Of a stretch of DNA of 64,000 nt, positions 14,614 through 27,664 are shown piece after piece. Made by a program: the position numbers and the translations under genes. Numbering within the stretch: the stretch's first letter is position 1; each line of letters starts with the position of its first letter. The notes below the pieces were generated by a model. It was not told the DNA's origin. It saw only the letters and a program-made list of their open reading frames with translations, and ran no database searches. The DNA lies in NCBI GenBank assembly GCA_951406725.2, contig OX597831.1:51832001-51896000 (forward strand). Reading direction: 5' to 3'. This DNA comes from Octopus vulgaris (Eukaryota).

Positions 14614-14893
14614 GTAAGGCAGCAAGCTGGCAGAACTGATAGCACGCTGGGTGAAATGGTTAGCGGCATTTCGTCTGTCTTCATGTTCTGAGTTCAAATT
14701 CTGCCGAGGTCAACTTCGCTATTCTAACCGCTGTTGATTTATTTACGTCTTCAAAACACAGGGGCCTGGCAAAAGAGACGAGAGAATAGGTTCCCGACTT
14801 AAAATAAAAGCAGGCGTAATTTGTTTGGATAAACCTTTCAAAATGGTGCTCCAGTATGACCGCAGTCCAGTGACTAAATAACTGAAAGATAAA
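14614..14893 (+). mobile_element. SINE chimera: family B head plus family A-like tail
   Basis: B head up to gccgaggtcaacttcgc, then ggcaaaagagac...ggtgctccagtatgaccgcagtccagtgact (A tail). Confidence 0.6.
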
Positions 14894-14914
14894 CTAGATA
14901 CTGAGTATGTCTTC

Positions 14915-15300
14915 TTTTCAATCATTAGACTGCGGCCATGCTGGGGCACCGCCTTGAAGAATTTTAGTCAAATGAATCAATCCACGTACTTAATTGTTAA
15001 GCCTAATACTTATTCTATCGCCTTTTTTTGCCGAACCGCTAAGTTATGAGGACGTAAACACAACAACACGTGGTTTGGACGGGGACAAACACAGACGCAA
15101 GGACATACATACATAGATGTAAATACGTATACCACAGGCTTCTTTCAGTTTCCCTTTGCCAAAAATCCATTCACAAGGCTTTGGTCGGCCTAAGGCTATA
15201 GTAGCAGTCTCTTGCCCAAGGTGTCGCGTAGTGGGACTGAACGCGAAACCACGTGGCTGGGAAGCAAACTTATTTTTACCACACAGCCATGCCTGCGTCT
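14915..15300 (-). mobile_element. SINE family A copy, ~100 bp upstream of the exon at 15401
   Basis: Similarity to family A. Confidence 0.85.
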
Positions 15301-15400
15301 AAGACTATATATATGTGAGAGCAATCTATATCTATAAAATTAGTCTGTATATATATTTTAGTTTAACCATTTCTTAATTTTTTTCCCTTTCTGTTCGCAG

Positions 15401-15531
15401 ATGGAGTGTAACGACATCCTAAATAGTATTAAAACGATCAATGTGAGCAATCTGTCATCTCAAGCTAAATTGGATTATAAATTCTTACATTCCTTTCTCG
15501 AAACCTATTTAGAAGGATTCACCTGGATAAA
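15401..15531 (+). CDS. DUF885-family gene exon: MECNDILNSIKTINVSNLSSQAKLDYKFLHSFLETYLEGFTWI(N)
   Basis: ttttccctttctgttcgcAG acceptor, GTAAGT donor, phase 0 to 2; in frame with both neighbours. Confidence 0.9.
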
Positions 15532-15924
15532 GTAAGTAAAAATTTCAATTACATTCCATAGTCATCTTGACTTTTCTATCCCGTTGACTTTAATTATAAT
15601 CGATTTTTTTTTATATAGAGAGAGGCTGGGCCAAAATTACGCACCAAAACATTTGACATTTTATTTATATTATGTTGTTATTATTTTTCTTCTTCTTTCA
15701 ATTTTGTTTCCATTTCTTGCCGAGTTTCTTCCTGACACCTAGGGCAAAGAAACATTGGTAGGCCATTAAAATAAATACACTAGATTGGTCATTTACAAAG
15801 TCACGTTATGTGAAAGAAAAAAAGGGAAAAAAAGAAAGAAAAAAGGAGAAAAAGGGGAAAAGGAAAAAGGAAAATACGAAAGATTGTTGTTGTTATTATT
15901 ATTATTATTATTATCATTATTATT

Positions 15925-16003
15925 ATTATTGAGTGAGAGAGCAGTGCATGCCATCAAAGTGACACTGGAGTAAATATCCTCATCATCATCATCGTCATCA
16001 TCA

Positions 16004-16068
<65 letters not shown>

Positions 16069-16165
16069 GAGAGAACAGTGCATGCCATCAAAGTGACACT
16101 GGGGTAAAATATACAAAGCCCAGTATACCCATCATGATTACCCAGGCACATGCATTACAACCATA
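15925..16165 (-). mobile_element. Duplicated retroelement 3' end with (AAT)n tails
   Basis: cagtgcatgccatcaaagtgacactgg occurs twice, each preceded on + by (ATT)n. Confidence 0.55.
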
Positions 16166-16187
16166 TGTATGCGAAATGGCGATCTCA

Positions 16188-16375
16188 TTATTAGCTCCAC
16201 CTTAGCGAAGGCGGAGGTATTGTTTTCAGTCGTGTTTGTTTGTTCGTGGACAAGATATCTCAAGAACTGCTGGATGGATTCAGATGAAACTTTCAGGGAT
16301 GTTTGGCCTTATGACTGGCACGAACTGATTAGATTTTGGGATCAATCCAGTACCGGACAAGGACTCTGGATTATT
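16188..16375 (+). mobile_element. DINE-1/HINE-like non-autonomous element fragment
   Basis: attagctccaccttagcgaaggcggagg hairpin start, then gtttgtttgt and ggatggatt...atgaaactt...gattagattttgg. Family assignment from memory. Confidence 0.45.
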
Positions 16376-16913
16376 CGTTATATTTATTTTACATGAAGTA
16401 TTACGATCTTACGTTGGCTTTCAAATCTGTCTCTGATTATTTTCCTTGAAAGCACACTCATAGTTTCCACACCAGTTATGGCGGCGTTACTGTTTCCAAA
16501 GTTTTATTTTCGTTTCTCTATTATTGATTTTACTCGCGTCTCTATCTTAGTAAAAACTGCTGGATAAAGAAATCAAACTGCATAAACAAACGGCAGCAAA
16601 ACGGTTCGGGAATTAAATAACACAAATATATTCAGTAACAATAATAAATTTAATTTATCCTCAACAATTTTTAGTTTCGCCAATTTTGAATATATTGCTC
16701 CTGTTTAAAACCTCTTACCTACTTGACAATTGCACTTCTAGCTCTGCCTTGAAAGAAGCTTTACTTCTTGGACTCAAGTTTTTGTGCACAACGATGTTGT
16801 TAAACCTCCGTTTACAGCACCGTATGCGGGTCCTTTCCATTTTCGTTCATGCACGGATAAATGTTTCACTATAAACTTTTATAGTCGTGAAGACACTATA
16901 TCATTGGATAGAC

Positions 16914-16965
<52 letters not shown>

Positions 16966-16970
16966 TATAT

Positions 16971-17027
<57 letters not shown>

Positions 17028-17579
17028 CTGAAACTTGAAGTGTTGAAAAAGTTGAGTGAATTGTGTTAGTAAATATGTATAAACCAATTTTCCTTTTCCT
17101 TTCACATTAAATTCCGATATAATCGAAATTTACACCATCTGAAAGATTTTTTGTGGAAAATTTCGTTTGAAAATACTTATTTTTCTGAAAGCTATGAGGA
17201 AACAAAGTCGAAGAGGCACACTTGAGTAGATGTACCCAGAAGAGAAATCTATACATGTTTGCGTATACGCGTGTACTTGAGATTCGTTTCTTCTTTTTAT
17301 TTATTTCACCTAGACATTGGTCATAGCTCCATCAAAATTTCTAATTGATTGCAGAGTACTCTCACTAAAATGTCTTGGCTCGTCACGTTAAAATGTCTCG
17401 TCATGCGTACAGAAATACCTGATGCACACACGCACATACGCACAAAAGCACACATTCATTCATGCATATGTATAATCCAAACGTAAATGCAAACATAGAT
17501 ACATACATACATGCATGCATTCATGCATACATACATACATACATACATACATACATACATTCATACATACATATTTACA

Positions 17580-17830
17580 AGTTTATCATTTAAGTATATA
17601 TGAGCATGTCTAGATATGCAAGCATACGCATGAGAAGACATACATAAAACAAAACATAAAATTTTGCACGTATACATACATACATACATACATACATACA
17701 TACATACATACATACATAAAAAAAATACCACGTTGTTGGTGTCGAAATTCCAGCGAAGGAGCCTTGGATCTTGGTTAGAAAACGGTTCTTTCTCTATTGG
17801 CAAGAAATCTTGAAATAAAACTGAATAATG
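17580..17830 (+). repeat. ~250-bp repeat with internal (TACA)n; second copy at 33645-33935
   Basis: Shared tatatgagcatgtcta...aaattcca..gaaggagcc.tggatct...tctttctctattggcaagaaatctt.aaataaaact. Confidence 0.8.
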
Positions 17831-17912
17831 ACACACACACACACATACATAGACACACAGACATAAGCGCGCGCACGCATGCACACACACACACACACAC
17901 ACACATTCAAGG

Positions 17913-17947
<35 letters not shown>

Positions 17948-18629
17948 CGTGGTTATAGTTCAATGGCTGAAATTAATAAAAGTTACGATAATATAGACAG
18001 CATGAAAACCAAAACAAACTGCTACACGGTCGTATATTTATGTTTAAAACATCTTGCTGTGGAAAATCTTAAAACAAACCACTCTCGGTCTGTCTACATC
18101 TTTTTCATTGGGAAAACCCTTCATCTGTTTTGACGGCAGAAAATGATACCACTCCACTCCAGCGTATAGAATATGTTTGAAGTATCGGGTGTATTAATTT
18201 CGATATAAGATTCTGTGAATTCCGTTGCTGTGATGGCGAGAAAAGGTAGTCTAGTTCATTGTAGCATGGAAAAGGTGAATGAGTTAGTTTACACGTGGAG
18301 AAACTATATATATATTTACATATATTGGTGTTAGTCTGACAGCCGTAAATAAATTATTAGCACACTTGTACATCATAAAACATTAATAAGAATCAGTAGA
18401 CCAAGCGTTATTTTTTTTTAATCTCTGAAGCATACGTAGTTTCGTGTGGAATGAAAGTATTAGATGTGGAGAAATATACATCAAGTATTCGGCAACAGAG
18501 CGACTATTAATAAGTCCGAGGATACAGCAAGTTCCAATCCCATACTGCGCTAATGAGGAATTAGGGTACATCTCCCATATGTTATTCATTATACTGTTAT
18601 TTTTATTAACATATAAATATACTTTCGTA

Positions 18630-19070
<441 letters not shown>

Positions 19071-20271
19071 TATTGAATTTTTTTTTCTCGTGTCCATTCT
19101 AAAGTTGAAGTGAATAAACTTTTCTGAACGATTGCCAAATCAACACCAATATGCAAATATGTTTATCTACGTATGAACTAATGAATACGAGCCAATGAGA
19201 AGGAAGCTTGACCTGTTAGAAAGAGAAGTTAAATATCCCTCGACTTACTATTTACAATTTTAGAACAAGGAAGAAACGTTAGATAATGTAGTTTTAGATG
19301 CACTGTATCTGACCATAAAAAGACGGCATTGCCATAGTTTGCATATTCTTTGCTTTTGGTTAGATAAAACATTTTCTTTTCTTGTAGTGGATTGAATCAA
19401 ATCTCGGGATATTAGTAATAGATAAAGACCGTGTGAACACGTCTCTTAAATGTTAAGTGTTCAACTTAATTGCTAATCCTGTCTAATTCATTAACCTTTC
19501 ACACGCTGGAGAGAATGCTTTATGATAGTGAATTACGTCTCTTTACACTTTGAGTTCAAATCCCGTTAGGATCTGCTTTGTAATTCGTCCTTGTCGATGT
19601 TAATAAAATAAATGCCAATGAAGTCGATGTAACTGATTATACTACTACTACTATCCCTTTTCTGTAAAATATGTTGTTTGCTCTTGGAGATCGGTAGATT
19701 AGTAGAAAGACTAACGTGTCGGAAAAAATGCCTTAGGATATTTCTTCGTGTTCTGAGTTTCAATCTCGTCGAAATCGATAACATAAAGTACCAGTCAAGT
19801 ACTGAGGTCGATCTAATCGACCTGTCCCCACCACCTCTCCTCAGAACGGCTGGGTTTGTGCCTAAATTAGAAACAATTATCACTGGTACTTGCTAGACTC
19901 GTTGGAGCATCGGACTAAGTGTAGTAAGGGCTTTAGTTATGGTTCTTTGCGTTCTGAGTTCAAAGATATAGCTTTGTTGTGGAGCAAAGTAGGTCTTGTA
20001 TACGTGAAAGATATAATATTCCGCCTGGTTTAAAACAAGTCTGCTCCACTTCTTCAGTGATTTTCGCGGAATACATTTCGGTTAAGCATTTGGTCGAATC
20101 TTCTAACCCTTTCCCTGCAAGCATTATAATGTAAATGCTCCGGCTGGACAGTGTCTACATTATGGAGGCTCTACACATGTCATAGTTATTGTCATTTTTC
20201 TCCTAACAAATTTACGCATTTTTAAATGTACATCCTCTAATTCCACATGTTCATTCTTATATTCTCAATAG

Positions 20272-20404
20272 TTACGGTGCTCTAACTCCACTCAACTTCC
20301 TTGACAAAACCATTCTTACACAATCCTGGGTCTACAGAACTGAGTACATTGATGAAAAAGATTTCGAAGATTATTTCAAACGGATGGATAGCATTCCACG
20401 GAGG
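20272..20404 (+). CDS. DUF885-family gene exon: YGALTPLNFLDKTILTQSWVYRTEYIDEKDFEDYFKRMDSIPRR
   Basis: ctcaatAG acceptor, GTAAGT donor, phase 2 to 0. Resembles the DUF885 'D-Y-x-x-Y-x-x-R-L-x-x-I-P' segment. Confidence 0.9.
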
Positions 20405-20926
20405 GTAAGTTTGTTGCTGCTGTTCTTGTAGTTGTGCTTGTTCTTTTCATCGTCTTTTTCGATTTTATTGCTGCTGTTGTTTAACTCCAGGTGTGCCCTG
20501 ATTGATTGGACATATGACCAAAGGTATTCCAGCAACCACAATTTCATGTTTTGCTTTAGACATTGAGTACTTCAGATCATCTTCTCCAATGTGTCGCTTT
20601 TTCTATTTTAGACGGTAAAGTAACATTTGACTTGGGTGAGATTTGGCTGCTATTTTTCGGTCTAGCAACAACGTAGTCGGTCCTTTGTTCTTAAAAGAAC
20701 TGAGTAATTTTCTCTAAACCCTTGAGTAAGTATTTTTATGTACTCACTTTTCGCTACCATAAACGTTGCGACAAGCGATGAGACTATTTTGTTTCCTTCA
20801 TTCAGAAGGGCAATGCCAGAACAACACTGAAGTCTTTGTAGAAAAACAGTGACTAACATGAACCGATTACCTAGTATTTTTGAACTGGGGAAATTTGTTT
20901 TTTTTTTTATATATGATTGTTGTTTG

Positions 20927-21064
20927 CGTCATAAGAATATAGAAACTTCGAGACACGTGAAATATATCGTTTTTAACCCAATATTTACACAATATCATCT
21001 ATAGTGTTATCTATTTCGCGTTCCACCATTAATAACGATTCGAAGTTTCTAAATTCTTATGACG
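20927..21064. repeat. Small inverted-repeat element (25-bp arms), possible MITE
   Basis: cgtcataagaatatagaaacttcga / tcgaagtttctaaattcttatgacg. Confidence 0.75.
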
Positions 21065-21442
21065 TATATATATGTGTGCGCGTGTGTATTAATTAGTTAC
21101 ACACTAATCAGCGTTGATTGAAATATAGTTATGCACAGTCATCTAATTAACATCTAATTAATTTATCCTAGTTTGACAACGCTTATCACACATCGGCAAA
21201 TATTCCATTTGCTATTCTTATATAAGAGCTTCTGGTTCAAAGTGGTCATGAACGATTGGGTGGGGGTAAGAATATATAGTCGAGGACGCCTGACGGCACA
21301 GAAACGCATGCATCTTACTGTTCGGTGACATCATTCGTGGCGCAGTAGTGTGTTTACACTATGAGAATTGTTTCTCTCGAGACAGTTTGTTGCAGAGTAT
21401 TGTCTTTCCATGTCCGAATGTAAGCGAACATGTTAAATATGA

Positions 21443-21538
<96 letters not shown>

Positions 21539-21919
21539 CCAAGTAAGAAACAAGACAGATATTGATTGAGTTGATAAGAAGCGATAAGTTGACAACTTTG
21601 ATGACATAATCAACAGGTAGATACTTACCAACAACTGAAATACCGGTGAGAAGACGATTAACAAATTATAAATTCTCGTAAAGGAAGATGGAAAAATGAG
21701 AAGTGATATACAAATAAAAGAGAAAAAAAATTAAAAACAGAATATGATTATGAAATAGGAGAGCAAAATCGGAGCAATCACCGAAATGGCCGATGAAAAT
21801 CAATAACATAACAATAATGGAATAAGATATGTAAAGATAAAAATAAGTCCGGATACAGATAGTGAAAATCATCAATGAAAAGCGAAGACCTACGAACTGG
21901 CAAAGGAAACGACGGCAAC

Positions 21920-22555
21920 TATCTGCGGCTATCTATCTGCGGCTTTATATAGCTATGGTAAGACCTCACCTGGAATTTGCATCACCGGTCTGGAACCCCT
22001 ATCTTGCCCAGGACATCAATCGTCTGGAAGCTGTTCAGCGACGTGCAACCAAAAGAATACCCTCCATCAGGCATTTGCCATATCCTGAACGCCTTACTTC
22101 TCTGGGCATGGACACATTGAAACTCCGACGTCTGGCAGCTGACTTGGCAGACACCCATAAAATTATCAACCATCGCACAAACAATAACTCTGAGCACCTC
22201 TTCAAACTCCACCCATCTAACACCCGTGGACATATTTACAAAGTAAGAAAACAGCACAGCTCCCATGATTTCAGGAAACATTTTTTCACGCTGAGAGTTG
22301 CTGAAGCATGGAACAAACTGCCGGCATCGGTTGTTAGTTGTCGGAGCACTGCATCCTTCAAAACTTCCATGCTTCCTGAGATTCGCCAACACTACACTTG
22401 ATTTTCTCCCCTCCATGCACACACAAGCATGTATCTGACTCATACATTGTTCGCTTTCCAGACATTTCTACATTACTGCATGTACTTTATATGCGCTTTC
22501 TGACAAGTTGTGGTGCACCTGAGCACTGTATACAATAATTTCATTATTATATTAT
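21920..22555 (+). mobile_element. 5'-truncated CR1-clade LINE (ORF2 C-terminus plus 3' UTR)
   Basis: LYIAMVRPHLEFASPVWNPY...LEAVQRRATK...YPERL...LRR...TRGH...FFTLRVAEAWNKLP is typical of the CR1 ORF2 end; (ATT)-type tail. Confidence 0.9.
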
Positions 22556-22823
22556 AAAATAGCTTAATAAAATAATATCTAAATATTAATAAAATAATAT
22601 CAGTTTCAATAAGCACCAAACTAGCCCGCAAACTAGCCCACAAAATCTTTACCTGATGATCGCAATGGCGTGAAACTCGAACCACGACAAAAGGTTCAGT
22701 TTAAATAGGCTATATACTTTATACCATTCATGGTTGCGACAAGTACTCATTTCCTTTATTGCTGACAAACTGTTACGTTTCAATATATATGTTTCTTTCT
22801 CTCTCCCTCCCCCCCTCTCTCTC

Positions 22824-22854
<31 letters not shown>

Positions 22855-23066
22855 TGTATGTATGTATGTATGTATGTATGTATGTATGTATGCATGTACG
22901 TACGCATGTACGTACGTACGTATGTATGTATGTATGTATGTATGTATGTATGTATGTATGTATGTATGTATGTATGTATGTATGCATTATGTATATATGT
23001 TCACACATACACACTCATTGTGACACATGTATGTATGCATAATGTTTATATCTATCTCTTCTACAG

Positions 23067-23135
23067 ATCGATGAGCTGATACATCTAATGAAGGCAGCTA
23101 TTCGGTTAAACAGGACTTCACATTTAGCTTCCATA
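23067..23135 (+). CDS. DUF885-family gene exon: IDELIHLMKAAIRLNRTSHLASI
   Basis: ctcttctacAG acceptor, GTAAGT donor, phase 0 to 0. Confidence 0.88.
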
Positions 23136-23379
23136 GTAAGTAACAAATTCTATTACCACGTGTTATGTCACATATCGTTTATACATTTTTCCAAGTGCTG
23201 GTTTCTCCATTGCATACCACCATCTTGGTTATATGTTTAAAATGTGTCTTCGAGTTTCTTCCAATATTGTATTTCTTTGGGTAAATGGCATCTTCAACTT
23301 TGCCGTTTTTCTATGGATATAGAGCTTGAGTAACGAACACAGTCATGAGTTTAGATAAACCTGAGTAAGAATATGAATA

Positions 23380-23747
23380 TCTTTATATATAAAAGAGATT
23401 TCTAACTACTCCCACATTTTGCGGTGCAGTTTAACCAAAAGTAGGTATCTTATAGTCGTGATTCATATCGAGCCCTTCTGTGTATTAGCGCGCGTCTACG
23501 ATGAGTCTACGATAAAAAAAAAATTACTATCATTTTTTTCCATTTTAATGCATTTTTCGCTATTATATAAGGGAAGTAACTCTCTAAAAATGTCTACGAT
23601 GAGTCAACGATTTAAAAAAAAAATTTACCATCATTTTTTTCCCATTTTTAATGCATTTTTTTTGCTATTTTTGGGCTATAACTCTCTAAAAATGCTTATA
23701 TAGTTATTTCCCTTATAAACCCGAGCAACGCCGGGCGATACTGCTAG
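23380..23747 (+). mobile_element. Non-autonomous Helitron-type element
   Basis: A|TCtttatatataaaag start, subterminal hairpin cccgagcaacgccggg, CTAG|T end, no TSD. Confidence 0.8.
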
Positions 23748-24589
23748 TTATGCTTAAATTATCTTTAAGTAAAAATGTTTGCTCAGATTTGTTTCTGAAT
23801 TATATTTAACAACTATAAAATCCCAGAACGGGATTGAATCTAGTCCGGTTGATCCCTCTTTTTCTGCCAACAAAAATGTTGTACATAAAAACAAAGTGTT
23901 CACAGCTGTCACCAATATATATATATATATGAGGAGATAATGCTTTCTAACGATCATATATTATTTGGGTTGGTAAAGCGCTGTTATAAAACAACATATC
24001 AGTAATGTATTAATCGAACTAATTGTTAAGAAGGCGTTATATATTCAAACTGGTTTAACTAGTTTAGTTTAGTCCTTATCAATAGGAATTAATAGTGCTA
24101 AGAATGTGTTATATAAGTGGTTTATTTTAGCTGTTATTGATGGTGAGTTTATAGCAGTGTCTTCGTGGGCAGTTAAAGACAGAATTACTCCGTCGGTGAT
24201 GAAATCCTTACATAGATGTGAAACAAAGTTGGCTGATTCTTATTTTTTTCCGTTCACCAAGATATATATATAAGGAGAAAATGCTTGCTTCTATTTATTA
24301 CATCTTGTGTTGCTTAAATATTTACAAGTATATTGTACAGCACGGTAATAAAACACTGTTAACGCGCTAGGAGTCACATAAATCCTTCAGAAAGACGCAA
24401 TCGTCACATATGAGATGTTTTAATCATAGGTTGTTCAGTTTGGGCTGATCTAAGGCTAAACAATTACAACAGACAAATAAATAGACAGACAGATAGAGAA
24501 AGACCGAGAAAACATATCCGGACTGTAACACCAAACAATCACCGTATGTTGAAACAGTCTGTACGTGGTGATTCGACCTGTTATGAATA

Positions 24590-24981
24590 CTAGCAGTATC
24601 GCCCGGCGTTGCTCGGGTTTGTTTCGACCCTTTAGAATTGGAATTTTTGAAAAGTAAAACTTGTGCATTATGTAGCTTGTTATTCTCTTTAAGTGAACAT
24701 TTTTCTGGTTGAAATACACCGAAAAATGGCGACACAGCAGTCAAAAAATCGTAAAAAATAGGGATTTTCATAGAAAAAAAAGCACCTTTTTGGTGTAAAT
24801 AATTTTTGGTCTTAACATGGTCCGATTTGAATTTTTTATCTTCTACGGAATGAAGAGCAAGCCTTCTATCATACTCTCAATTTTGGTCAACTTGCGCCGC
24901 AGGGTCTCGGAGGAGATAGTGTTAGTTGAAGGCTACCAAACCTGCCACACACACACACAGACAACTTCAGCTTTATTAAGA
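24590..24981 (-). mobile_element. Non-autonomous Helitron-type element with the same 3' end but a different body
   Basis: actagcagtatcgcccggcgttgctcgggttt is the reverse complement of the 23718-23748 end. Confidence 0.75.
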
Positions 24982-25625
24982 TTAGATTAAGTAAATTCCT
25001 TAAAAATACGACGAAAAGACTGATAAATTAATGCTGCACTGGAACTACACAATAATATCAACATCAAAGAAACATAACATATACAGTATAATTAACACAG
25101 TTGCATTTATACATAATTGTAACATTTAACTTTAATGTAACGTTACATAATAACTATACTTATAAAACTGCGTGATTTATATGTCAAGTACTTGATGTTT
25201 TCTTTACTATTAGGCATAAGTGAATATATGTGAAAGTAAAGATTGTAAACGACACTGCCGCTGGTATTAATTGATTGAATTTATATAGTAGAATACTTTA
25301 AAGTAATTTTAAGATCATAACCCTTAGATCAAAGACTAAAGGTTTTAATTCAGCTTTGGTGTGATGAGAATTAAGATGAGTGTTGGGCTTCTAAGCACAA
25401 ATTTACTTTAGAGCAAGTTTAGGCAAGCTTTATTAAATAGAAAGACACTAAAACTCACCGTATAATACGCATCTTCTTCAGAATGCAAGTTATAAAGCCC
25501 ACCAAATCAAGATCAGAATTATGGGTGCACATAATGAATAGCATTAAATCGCAATATTTTTCCCCGGGTATACATTTAATAATAAGAAGACAATAATGTG
25601 ATAAAGCTGTACTATTTTTAAAATA

Positions 25626-26000
25626 GGCTTTGTGGTATGTAGCTTGCTTACCAACCACATGGTTCCGGGTTCATTCCCGTTGCGTGGCACCTTGGGCAAG
25701 TGTCTTCTACTATAGCCTCAGGTCGACCAAAGCCTTGTGAGTGGATTTGGTCGACAGAAACTGAAAGAAGCCCGTCGTATATAAGTGTGTGTGTCTGTGT
25801 TTGTCCCCCAACATCGCTTGACAACCGATGCTGGTGTTTTTACGTCCCCGTTACTTAGCGGTTCAGCAAAAGAGACGATAGAATAAGTACTAGGCTTCCA
25901 AAGAATAAGTCCTGGGGTCGATTTGCTCGACTAAATGCGGTGCTCCAGCATGGCCGCAGTCAAATGACTGAAACAAGTAAAGGAGTAAAAGAGTAAGAGT
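25626..26000 (+). mobile_element. SINE family A full-length copy
   Basis: A/B-box-like head (tgtggtatgtag...ggttccgggttcattccc), ggcaccttgggcaagtgtctt, microsatellite, and (agtaaaag)n tail. Confidence 0.9.
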
Positions 26001-26065
26001 ATATTTTGAAATATATATTAAAATATATAACTTTAACATATATATATTTTATATAAAGTGAAATA

Positions 26066-26495
26066 TTGGTTCAAATTTTTGGCACAAATTTTTAGCAAGT
26101 TCGACGGGTGGAGTAAGTTGATTACATCGACCCAAGTGTTCAACTAGTACTTAGTTTATTGACCCTGAAAGGATGAAAGGCAAAATAGACCTCAGCGGAA
26201 TTTGAACTCAGACGAAATCCCTGTAAACATTTTTGTCCGACATGGTAAAGATTCGGCCAGCTCGCCATCCTTATGTAAAAAGGGAATATTAGATTCAAAT
26301 TTTGACACATGGCCAGTACTTTCGGGGGAGGGGGTTAAGTCGATTACATTGGTACCCGTACTCAACTGGTTCTTAATTTATCGACCCCGAAAGGCAAAGT
26401 CAACTTTGGCGGAATTTGAACTCAAAGCATAAAGACGGACAAAATCCTGTTAAGCATTTCGCCCGGCGTGCAACGATTGTACCTGCTCACCGCCT
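26066..26495 (-). mobile_element. Two tandem SINE-B short-tail copies
   Basis: Reverse-complement B domains at ~26120-26210 and ~26340-26425. Confidence 0.75.
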
Positions 26496-26605
26496 TCTGT
26501 GAAATGGAATACTAAAAACCCAATATTTTGGATTATTGTAGATTATTTACTCTTGTAGTAGTTGTGCAACACTGCAAGCTGTAGATGATATCATAAGGCA
26601 ATTTA

Positions 26606-27040
26606 AGACGGCGAGCTGGCAGAAACGTTAGCGCACCGGGCGAAATGCGTAGCCGTATTTCGTCTGCCGTTACGTTCTGAATTCAAATTCTGCCGAGGTC
26701 GACTTTGCCTTTCATCCTTTCGGGGTCGATTAAATAAGTACCAGTTACGTACTGGGGTTGATGTAATCGACTTACTCCGTTTGTCTGTCGTTGTTTGTCC
26801 CCTCTATGTTTAGCCCCTTGTGGGCAATAAAGAAATAAGAATTGTTAGCACAGCAGATAAAATGCTCAACGGCATTTCTTCCGGTTTAATGTTCTGAGTT
26901 CAAGTTCTGCTCTGATTGACTTTGTCATTCATCCTCTCGGGGTTGATGAAATAAGTACCAGTCTACCACTGGAGTCAGTGTAATCGACTTGCCCCTCTCC
27001 TTCAAAATTTCATGTTTGTGTCTATAATACAAAGGATTAT
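26606..27040 (+). mobile_element. Nested SINE-B: long-tail copy (to 26837) joined into the head of an older copy
   Basis: ...tgggcaataaagaaata|agaattgttagcac... Confidence 0.85.
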
Positions 27041-27615
27041 AAGATTTTAAGACAATTTATGTCCCTAAAACGAGATGCGTTTTATACATAGTAGTTTATT
27101 ATACATACTATTATATACTCGTATGTTCATTCTTCCATGTGTTATAATTTATATGTAACATAATATATGTAGAGTTTATTATATATTCTATTGCATGTTC
27201 AAACGTTGGCTACATTGTATAATGTAGTTATAGAAAAATATGTATGAATATCTAAAGGATGGTCGCAAATGGAACACCTTTGATCATAAGTCTAGTCGAT
27301 CGGTATTACAAACATTCTTTTTTTATCAATTAATCTGTCATGAAGCGAATAATCGTTAGCTTTGATGATAATTCTTGTCAACATCTCATAGGAGTCATTG
27401 AGATGTGGATCTGTCATATATTGGGCAGAATGAAATGGAAAGACATAATTGTATGCATGCGACACAACACAGAGGGAATTGAAGGATCTTGGCAAACCGA
27501 TCCCTGGTTACCGAGAGGATACCTGGCTGACGGCTGATGATATAAATTTTAGTATATAGAGAAAAATACCTTTCTTAAAATTAATCATAATAGAGCTTTC
27601 GAGAGAGAGGCAGAA

Positions 27616-27664
<49 letters not shown>

